The notes below the pieces were generated by a model, which was not told the DNA's origin, did no database searches, and saw only the letters and a list, made by a program, of their open reading frames with translations. The translations under genes were made by a program, and so were the position numbers. From contig JACJVZ010000001.1 of the NCBI GenBank assembly GCA_020637445.1, positions 1,583,947 through 1,647,946 on the forward strand: a stretch of 64,000 bases of DNA, read 5' to 3'. Shown piece by piece: positions 57,329 through 64,000 of this stretch. Each line of letters begins with the position of its first letter. Position 1 is the first letter of the stretch. This DNA comes from Calditrichota bacterium. Lineage in GTDB: Bacteria > Electryoneota > RPQS01.

Positions 57329-57817
57329 TTAGAGTTCCAGAGCTTTCTTCATCATCGCCTTGGTCGCGTTAAACGCCGTAACGTTGGCCTCAAAGGCTCG
57401 CGACGCGCTGATGAGATCCGTCATTTCCTGCACGAGGTCGACATTCGGCATTTGCACCATGCCGTTTTCGTCGGCGTCCGGGTGGTCGGGATCGTATACT
57501 TCTCGGAAGGGCGATTGATCCGCTTCAATCGTAGCCTTCACACCCTGCATTGGGGACAGAATCTTGTCTTCGTCGCGCCCAAACATGTGGTTCGTGTCGG
57601 TGCGAGCGAGCTTCTGGTTGGTGCTCTGTGAAAGGGCCGTTTCAAACCGCTGGTCTTCCGAAAGCACGGTGGCTTTGCGGCGGTAGGGCCCGCCGTCTTC
57701 CGTGCGGGTAGTTTCGATGTTTGCGATGTTTTCGGCGATGGCGTTCATGCGCTTCCGCTGGGCGGTCATACCCGACGTACTGGTGTTCATGCCGGAAAAC
57801 AGGGGATGGATTTCCAT
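57329..57817 (-). CDS. flgC: Proximal rod protein FlgC
   Basis: The track ORF uses GTG at 57844. An ATG at 57817 has a better SD (AAGGA) and sits about 26 nt after the predicted sigma-54 start site. ...AENIANIETTRTEDGGPYRRKATV... and the C-terminal VQMPNVDLVQEMTDLISASRAFEANVTAF are FlgC signatures. Confidence 0.85.
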   Translation of the reverse strand: MEIHPLFSGMNTSTSGMTAQRKRMNAIAENIANIETTRTEDGGPYRRKATVLSEDQRFETALSQSTNQKLARTDTNHMFGRDEDKILSPMQGVKATIEADQSPFREVYDPDHPDADENGMVQMPNVDLVQEMTDLISASRAFEANVTAFNATKAMMKKALEL

Positions 57818-57853
57818 CAAGCGATCCTTTAACTTTTTTGCCACCAGAACGAT

Positions 57854-57870
57854 AAGCAGTTATCGTGCCG
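57854..57870 (-). promoter_or_regulatory. Sigma-54-type promoter upstream of flgC (head of the flgC...fliA mega-operon)
   Basis: Minus strand reads CGGCAC-GATAA-CTGCT. The GG and GC dinucleotides have the same spacing as in the flgF promoter. It lies inside an AT-rich divergent intergenic region. Confidence 0.5.
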
Positions 57871-58121
57871 ACCCGTCAAAAACTTTAATTTGGGCTTTAA
57901 CTTTCATTTTAAGTATTTGTTAATATATATTTTAATATTACAACAGACCTGAAAGGCGGCAGACTTTTCACATGGGCATATCTCTCGTCCGGCATCAATT
58001 TCCCACAGGTGGAGCTTTAGGTTGCCTATGCAGATGTTATAGGATGGAGCAAACGATGTGACAAGTCGGATGTCTGGTTTGCCTTTTAGGCGCGAATTGG
58101 TTACCGTATTTTGATAATTTA

Positions 58122-59132
58122 TTGGGAGCAAGCCACCCAAAACTGGCGGCCACCTTTATGTATAGTATTTTTGAGTCTCTTCGGAAATGGATAGTTCTCG
58201 CAATGCTGGCAGTCGCATGGCTGGCATTTTCGGGCTGCTCGGAAGCTCAAGATGGCGAGTATCAAGGTTATGTGGAAGGCGACTACGTGGACGTCGCGTC
58301 ATCACAAGCGGGACGTCTGGATTCCGTTGCCGTCACGCGCGGCGACACGGTTGCCGAAGGAGCCGCGCTTTACTACTTGGAAGCGACCATTGAGTCTGAA
58401 GGACTCAAACAAGCTCAGGAGCAATTAGCAACGGCGCAAGCTCAGCTCAGCGATATGCAGCAAGGGCGTCGCCCCGCCGAGATCAATGTGATCAAAGCAC
58501 AGCTTGAGCAAGCTATTGCCAACCGCAAGAGCATCCAATCGAGATTGAGCCGCGAGGAGAAGATTTACGGTGAGGGGAGTTTGTCGCCGGAAGGGATGGA
58601 CGAGCTTCGCGCACAGGCCGACATGGCCGAAGCGAAAGTCACGGAAATGGAGAACCAGCTTAAAGTAGCAAGCCTGCCTGCACGGACGGATCAACTGAAG
58701 GCGCAGGAGGGAATTGCGGCATCGGCGGAAGCCGCGGTATTGCAAGCGAAGTGGAAGCTCGATCAGAAGGCCGTGCATGCGACGGACGGCGGCCTCGTGG
58801 TGGACGTGCTCTATCAGGTGGGTGAGTGGATTCCCGCCGGGTATCCGGCCGTGAGACTCTTGCCGGAAGAGAACCGCAAGATTCGATTTTTTGTACCGGA
58901 GAGTCAATTGTCTATGGTAAAGACCGGACAAGAAGTAGTCGTACATGCCGACGGCTGGACAAGTGGCGTACCGGCCACAGTCAGCTTTGTCTCGACCACG
59001 GCCGAATATACGCCTCCGATTATCTACAGCAACGAAACGAGATCGAAGCTCGTTTATATGATTGAAGCGCGCCCCGTGGATATGGCCGCGCATCTGAACG
59101 TCGGCCAACCCGTGACCGTGCGCTTCAAATGA
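58122..59132 (+). CDS. HlyD-family membrane-fusion/adaptor protein
   Basis: 336 aa. An N-terminal TM helix, a coiled-coil hairpin (QAQEQLATAQAQLSDMQQGRRPAEINVIKAQLEQA...) and a beta-barrel C-terminus. Confidence 0.75.
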   Translation: MGASHPKLAATFMYSIFESLRKWIVLAMLAVAWLAFSGCSEAQDGEYQGYVEGDYVDVASSQAGRLDSVAVTRGDTVAEGAALYYLEATIESEGLKQAQEQLATAQAQLSDMQQGRRPAEINVIKAQLEQAIANRKSIQSRLSREEKIYGEGSLSPEGMDELRAQADMAEAKVTEMENQLKVASLPARTDQLKAQEGIAASAEAAVLQAKWKLDQKAVHATDGGLVVDVLYQVGEWIPAGYPAVRLLPEENRKIRFFVPESQLSMVKTGQEVVVHADGWTSGVPATVSFVSTTAEYTPPIIYSNETRSKLVYMIEARPVDMAAHLNVGQPVTVRFK

Positions 59133-60064
59133 ACCACGAGCTGGCCATCGACGTCCAAAAACTGACCAAATCGTTTGGCCACAAACGAGTCGTGAATGAA
59201 GTCTCCCTGCAAGTTCAGCGCGGGGAGATTTTTGGTTTTCTGGGACCCAATGGCAGCGGCAAGACGACGACCATTCGTATGATGTGCGGACTGTTGAAAC
59301 CGGACTCCGGCAGCGGAACATGTTTGGGTTTCGACATCCGTAAGCAAAGCGACGAAATCAAACGCCGCGTCGGTTACATGACGCAAAAGTTTTCCTATTG
59401 GGAAGATTTGACGATCCGCGAGAATCTCGAATTTGTCGCGCGCATGTACGACATGCCCGACAAGCAGGATGCCGTCAACGGAGCGTTACGCGACTTGGGG
59501 TTAACGGACAGGCAGCATCAGTTGGTCGGCGCGCTGTCCGGCGGATGGAAACAGCGCCTTGCGCTGGCCGCTTGCCTTTTGCATCAGCCGCAACTGCTGC
59601 TGCTCGATGAGCCGACAGCCGGAGTAGATCCTTCGGCACGCCGCGATTTTTGGGAAGAGCTGCATTTGCTTGCGCTCAAGGGGATTTCCGTGCTCGTGAG
59701 CACACACTACATGGACGAAGCCGAGCGCTGCCACAAGTTGGCCTATATTTTTAACGGCAACATGCTCGCGCAGGGAACGTCGGATGAAGTGGTTGCATCG
59801 CAGAAGCTCTCGACGTGGCTTGTGCACGGTGAAGATTTGGCGATTCTTTCGGAGAAATTGCAGAAGACGGACGGAGTATCGCAGACGGTGTTATTTGGGA
59901 GCACGCTGCATGTTAGCGGACTGAACAGCACCGCACTTGAAGCGGAATTGCGACAGGCCGTGGCGGGAACAACATGGAAAATCGAACCGATTGAGACGGG
60001 ACTCGAAGACGTGTTCATTCATCTGATGAAGAGCGCGAATAACCACAACGGAGTCAAAGCATGA
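59129..60064 (+). CDS. ABC transporter ATP-binding protein
   Basis: 311 aa. Walker A GPNGSGKTT, signature LSGGWKQRL, Walker B LLLLDEPTAGVD. 4-nt overlap with the HlyD-like gene. Confidence 0.9.
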   Translation: MNHELAIDVQKLTKSFGHKRVVNEVSLQVQRGEIFGFLGPNGSGKTTTIRMMCGLLKPDSGSGTCLGFDIRKQSDEIKRRVGYMTQKFSYWEDLTIRENLEFVARMYDMPDKQDAVNGALRDLGLTDRQHQLVGALSGGWKQRLALAACLLHQPQLLLLDEPTAGVDPSARRDFWEELHLLALKGISVLVSTHYMDEAERCHKLAYIFNGNMLAQGTSDEVVASQKLSTWLVHGEDLAILSEKLQKTDGVSQTVLFGSTLHVSGLNSTALEAELRQAVAGTTWKIEPIETGLEDVFIHLMKSANNHNGVKA

Positions 60065-61203
60065 TCGGATTCAGCCGCGCCGGGTTCTCCCGCTGGTGGA
60101 GCATGGTGGTCAAGGAGTTTCTGCAGATCAAGCGGGACCGCTTGACGTTCGGGATGATCGTGATGATTCCGCTCGCGCAGTTGACGCTCTTCGGCTATGC
60201 CATAAACAGCGATCCGAAGCATATGCCGACGGGGCTGCTGGTGCAAGACCACAGCGACATTACGCGGACGATTCTTTCGACTCTCAAGCATTCGGAATAT
60301 TTTGATATCATCGGCACGTTTCAGGATGAGGCCTCTGCGCAGGCCGCGTTGGCAAAGGGAGAGGTGCAATTCGTCATCAACATTCCGGTGAATTTCACGC
60401 GTGACGTCTTGCGCGGCGACCGGCCCGCGATTTTGGTTGAAGCTGACGCCACCGATCCGAGCGCCACGAGTATTGCCTTGGCTGCAGTCGCTTCGGTAAC
60501 TGAGTATGTCGCACGCAAGGACTTGAAAGGTCCGCTGACCAGACTGGCCGGGAGTCCCGCTCCGTTCGAGGCGCGTGTGCATCGTCAATACAATCCGGAA
60601 GGCAACACTCACTACAATATCGTTCCGGGATTGATGGGTGTGATTTTGACGATGATGATGATCCTGATGACGGGGCTGGCCATGACTCGCGAGCGCGAAC
60701 GCGGGACGATGGAGAATCTTTTGGCCATGCCTGTCAAGCCGCTTGAAGTCATGGCGGGCAAGATTCTGCCGTATATTTTCATCGGCGTCCTGCAATCCAC
60801 GATAATTTTGCTTGGAGCTTTATTCCTATTTCATGTTCCGTTTTTTGGAAGTCTGTTTACACTCTATGTCTCCATACTCTTGTTTGTGGCTGTCAATCTC
60901 ATGGTCGGAATAACGCTGTCATCAATCGCGAAGAACCAGCTTCAGGCCATGCAGATGACGATGTTTTATTTTCTTCCCAACATTCTTCTCTCCGGGTTCA
61001 TGTTTCCGTTTCGCGGAATGCCCGAATGGGCTCAAGTGATAGGAAACGCCCTTCCCCTAACCTACTTCCTCCGATTGGTGCGCGGCATTTTTCTAAAAGG
61101 CAGCACACTCCCTACTCTCTGGCCGGACATTTGGCCGCTCATTCTGTTTGCCTTCCTCCTAATGACCATCGCGGTGACGTTTTACCGCCGCACGCTCGAC
61201 TAA
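60061..61203 (+). CDS. ABC-2 type transporter permease
   Basis: 380 aa. An N-terminal TM helix, a periplasmic loop, and a C-terminal block of about five TM helices. 4-nt overlap with the ATPase gene. Confidence 0.8.
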   Translation: MIGFSRAGFSRWWSMVVKEFLQIKRDRLTFGMIVMIPLAQLTLFGYAINSDPKHMPTGLLVQDHSDITRTILSTLKHSEYFDIIGTFQDEASAQAALAKGEVQFVINIPVNFTRDVLRGDRPAILVEADATDPSATSIALAAVASVTEYVARKDLKGPLTRLAGSPAPFEARVHRQYNPEGNTHYNIVPGLMGVILTMMMILMTGLAMTRERERGTMENLLAMPVKPLEVMAGKILPYIFIGVLQSTIILLGALFLFHVPFFGSLFTLYVSILLFVAVNLMVGITLSSIAKNQLQAMQMTMFYFLPNILLSGFMFPFRGMPEWAQVIGNALPLTYFLRLVRGIFLKGSTLPTLWPDIWPLILFAFLLMTIAVTFYRRTLD

Positions 61204-61399
61204 GTTATCCGCTCAGTTGATTCAGGGTCAACCTAATTTATTCCCTTGTCCGTTTATTGATTGAAGTCAGTCCATTATCTGGAGCGATCATTTTCTAACA
61301 GAACTACTTTTTGCTTGCGAATTAGACATAAATGCTCTTATTCTAATATTGGTGTCGAGAATCATTGAGGAACAGACCAATTCGTGAAGGGCAGCAGGC

Positions 61400-64000
61400 A
61401 TGAATGTCACTAAGAGATTGTTTATAAAATGGTTTGTTGCCCACTTTCTGGTTCTTCTGGTTGTTAGTGGTCAAGCTCTCGCGATTCAACAAGACCCAGA
61501 AAACCCCTTGGAAACGCCTCCAACTCACTGGGACGAGCAGAGAGCATGGGAGGTCACGGGCAACGTAGTCACGGACATGCGAAACGGAGCAGTTCAGACA
61601 GTAAGTGGCCTTCGCGAGGGCCCGTATTCTGTAAAACTGGAAGACGCTGCCTGGGATTTTCTAAAGGCTCACTCGGATTGGCTTCGGTTCGAGCCGAAAG
61701 AATCGAACCTGCAAATAGCCCGAACTGCTGAATCGCCGGGTGGTTTTCACGTTACGTTCGAGCGTGTTATCCATGGCGTACGAGTTTATCCCGGCAATGT
61801 CGTCATATCGTTTGATCGGGACATGTACGCGCGTTTCTTTTTCTCGAGTATTTATGTCTTCGACGACAGAGTCTCGACGACTCCAGCGATATCAAAGGAC
61901 ATGGCGATTCAGGTTACGAACGCGTATTTGGAACCACTTACAGAGCCCGTTTTTGGTCCGGAGGCAAGTTTGGTCATATGGGCTGGAGACAATCGAGACT
62001 TTTCGCTTTGTTGGAGGGTGATCGTTAATTACGCCGAGAAGTCTTATGCCCGCGGAGACTGGGAAATTATGGTGGATGCGAGTAGTGGTCAGGTCAGACG
62101 AGCGAAAAATACGGCGGAGGGAGACGCCACTGGTTACGTGTTCGATCCCAATCCCATCGTAACGTCGGGAATGCCGTACGGATCGCCGGGACTTTCGGAC
62201 AACGACGACGCAAACAGTACGGAGTTGTCCAACGAGCGAATTTCACGTACACTGCCTGACGTCAGCTTCTTTATTGCCTACCCCGGATTCGAGTGGTACG
62301 AGTTGAGCGGAGACTTTTGCAGAATAGTCGATATCGAATCTCCCAATTATTCTCCGCCTTATCCCAGCAACGATATTTTCAATTACTCGCGCGATCAATA
62401 TGATTTTGAAGCGGTAATGTGCTATTACCATATCGAGAACTCGCACTACTGGTTGGATTCACTTGGTTTCGGAAGCATTCTGAACTTTCCTATTGAAGTA
62501 GATCCTCACGCCGAAGACTTTGCGTGTAACGCGCATCACCACAACAACGGGGACTATCTGACATTCGGCGATGGAACTGACGAAGTCGATGCCGCGGAAG
62601 ATGCAGATATTATCTTACACGAATATGGACATGGCATCAATCATTCGATCACTCCAGACTGGGGCGGCGGCGAGGAGGGCGCGTTGGGTGAAGGTTGGGG
62701 CGACTACTGGGCGAATTCATACAGCCGTTCGGTCTCATCCTATGGTGGTGACCTAGTCGGAAACTGGGGCCTTCAAACTTGCTTTGGAGGCCGGTCAATG
62801 GTAGCTAATAAGCACTACCCTGAAGACGTCGCGGGTGAATCACATGCAGATGGCCAGATTTGGAGTCAGGCGCTTCACGATGGAGAATCGGACATCGGTC
62901 GAACGAGTATGAATAGCGACGTTTTGCAGAGCTATTATTACTACGGCAGCGGCGCGTCAATGCTCACCGCCGCATTGGCCTTGATTGACGCCGATCAAGC
63001 GCTATATGGGGGTGTGCATCTGGGACCGATTTCGGCTTCGCTGCTTGCGCGAGGTCTTCTGGATCTTCCGGACAATGATGTTTGCCGGGGCTTCACGATT
63101 ACTTCGCTCCCGTTTGACACCGTTGGAACAACGGTGGGCGCTTCAAATGATTATGATCATACTTGCGCATCGCCGAATTCGCCTGATGTTGTGTACACGT
63201 TGGCCCCGTTGACGTGTCCCACTCAAGTCGTTGTCAGCCTCTGTGGGTCTTCGTTTGATACGGCAGTCGAGATTCGAACGGACGGCTCATGTCCGGGTTC
63301 CACGGTGGTCGGGTGCAACAACGATTTTGCCGGCTGCAGTCCGCAGAGCCGAGCTGCATTTGCTGCCGAACCGAACATCCCGTACTACATACTTATTTAC
63401 GGCACCGGTACGAACGCCGGGAATTATGTTTTGTCGGTTGACGGAACTCCGGGGGTTCCTGTACCTTCAAATGACCATTGCGCCAATGCAACGGTTATTC
63501 CGTCATTTCCTTATACGGATTCCGGCAACACCTGTGCGGCAACAAGTGATTTCGACAAGTGCGTGGGACAGAATTCGCCGGATGTCTTTTATCGTTACGC
63601 ATCGCCCGACTGTCAGCATATCACCGTTTCGCTTTGCGGATCGGACTACGATACCGCAATCGAGATTCGCACAGGCGGGCCGTGCCCAGGCAACACGCTT
63701 GTTGCCTGCAACGATAATTTCTGCGGTTTGCAGAGCCAAGCAGCCTTTGACGCTGCGGCGAATCAAACGTACTTCATCGTGGTTCACGGATATGTGACGG
63801 GAAGCCGCGGCGCGTATACGCTCAATGTGGTGACCGGCGGTGCGTTCGTTCCCCCCAATGACACTTGCCCCGGGAAAACGATTGTGTCACTTCCCTACTC
63901 GGACAACGGCAATACCTCATGTGCTGAGAACGACTACCCAAACTGTGCCGGAGTTTTGTCTCCAGACGTTGTTTACAATTACACTCCTCAGGCGTGCGGG
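61400..64000 (+). CDS. Secreted zinc metalloprotease (HExxH...EGWGD, fungalysin/M36-like) with a propeptide-like N-domain and at least three tandem PPC-like C-terminal domains; runs off the window end
   Basis: Manual translation from the ATG at 61400: signal peptide MNVTKRLFIKWFVAHFLVLLVVSGQALA, ...ILHEYGHGINHS...GEGWGDYWAN..., then three repeats of about 105 aa (SPDVVYT...SLCGSSFDTAVEIRTDGSCPG...CNNDF...YYILIYG...GNYVLSV). No stop occurs before nt 64000, so it is absent from the ORF track. Confidence 0.7.
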   Translation, partial: MNVTKRLFIKWFVAHFLVLLVVSGQALAIQQDPENPLETPPTHWDEQRAWEVTGNVVTDMRNGAVQTVSGLREGPYSVKLEDAAWDFLKAHSDWLRFEPKESNLQIARTAESPGGFHVTFERVIHGVRVYPGNVVISFDRDMYARFFFSSIYVFDDRVSTTPAISKDMAIQVTNAYLEPLTEPVFGPEASLVIWAGDNRDFSLCWRVIVNYAEKSYARGDWEIMVDASSGQVRRAKNTAEGDATGYVFDPNPIVTSGMPYGSPGLSDNDDANSTELSNERISRTLPDVSFFIAYPGFEWYELSGDFCRIVDIESPNYSPPYPSNDIFNYSRDQYDFEAVMCYYHIENSHYWLDSLGFGSILNFPIEVDPHAEDFACNAHHHNNGDYLTFGDGTDEVDAAEDADIILHEYGHGINHSITPDWGGGEEGALGEGWGDYWANSYSRSVSSYGGDLVGNWGLQTCFGGRSMVANKHYPEDVAGESHADGQIWSQALHDGESDIGRTSMNSDVLQSYYYYGSGASMLTAALALIDADQALYGGVHLGPISASLLARGLLDLPDNDVCRGFTITSLPFDTVGTTVGASNDYDHTCASPNSPDVVYTLAPLTCPTQVVVSLCGSSFDTAVEIRTDGSCPGSTVVGCNNDFAGCSPQSRAAFAAEPNIPYYILIYGTGTNAGNYVLSVDGTPGVPVPSNDHCANATVIPSFPYTDSGNTCAATSDFDKCVGQNSPDVFYRYASPDCQHITVSLCGSDYDTAIEIRTGGPCPGNTLVACNDNFCGLQSQAAFDAAANQTYFIVVHGYVTGSRGAYTLNVVTGGAFVPPNDTCPGKTIVSLPYSDNGNTSCAENDYPNCAGVLSPDVVYNYTPQACG

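Noticed and set aside
57871-58121. AT-rich region between flgC and the HlyD-like gene, screened for tRNA, small RNA or IS ends
   Set aside because: No cloverleaf-compatible segments, inverted terminal repeats or ORFs. It reads as a divergent promoter region. Only the sigma-54-like element was kept.
1-64000. CRISPR arrays, rRNA/tRNA genes, prophage or defence-system genes
   Set aside because: None detected on reading both strands. All substantial ORFs are accounted for by motility, glycosylation, signalling, transport or protease functions.

Overview
This is a moderately GC-rich bacterial window, densely coding, from an organism that uses GTG and TTG starts as well as ATG. Nearly all of it, roughly 3.8 to 57.9 kb, is one flagellar supercluster on the minus strand. 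Reading 5'->3' on the minus strand, the supercluster falls into four blocks.

(1) A sigma-54-type promoter near 57.86 kb is followed by flgC, fliE, fliF, fliG, fliH, fliI, fliJ, a ylxF/FlbB-like gene, a giant fliK, a zinc-ribbon ORF, flgD, a TIGR02530-like gene and flgE. A GC hairpin follows flgE. The block then continues with fliL, fliM, fliY(fliN), fliO, fliP, fliQ, an HDOD-domain gene, fliR, flhB, flhA, flhF, a small membrane ORF, fliA, a small acidic ORF and a gene encoding an AMIN/TM/HTH protein. The order matches the Bacillus fla/che operon, but flgB, flhG and all che genes are missing.

(2) A near-consensus sigma-54 promoter at about 30.64 kb opens a gap-free unit of about 19 kb. It runs flgF, flgG, flgA, flgH, flgI, a rod-binding-only flgJ, a flgN-like gene, flgK and flgL, and continues without a break into gmd and eight further genes. 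These eight are glycosyltransferases (GT4x2, GT2-TPR, a GT9-GT2-GT fusion, a DUF115/Maf-like protein, a CgeB-like protein and a GT9) and a hypothetical protein. They look like a flagellin glycosylation island.

(3) A merR-like gene, flagellin 2, a hypothetical gene and an asparagine-synthetase-like amidotransferase gene sit behind a sigma-28-like promoter. They are followed by flagellin 1, which has its own sigma-28 promoter, and then fliD, fliS, flgM and a canonical terminator.

(4) At the 5' end of the window there is a signalling module. It comprises a REC + GHKL-ATPase protein translationally coupled to a REC-REC-PAS-HisKA protein that lacks an ATPase domain, a CheY-like protein, and a REC-PAS protein that runs off the window.

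The 3' end carries plus-strand genes: an HlyD-like adaptor, an ABC ATPase, an ABC-2 permease, and a secreted HExxH metalloprotease with tandem PPC-like domains that runs off the window. I saw no rRNA, tRNA, CRISPR or mobile-element genes. CDS coordinates follow the supplied ORF track, with alternative starts noted. Coordinates for promoters and hairpins were read by eye and may be off by a few nt.
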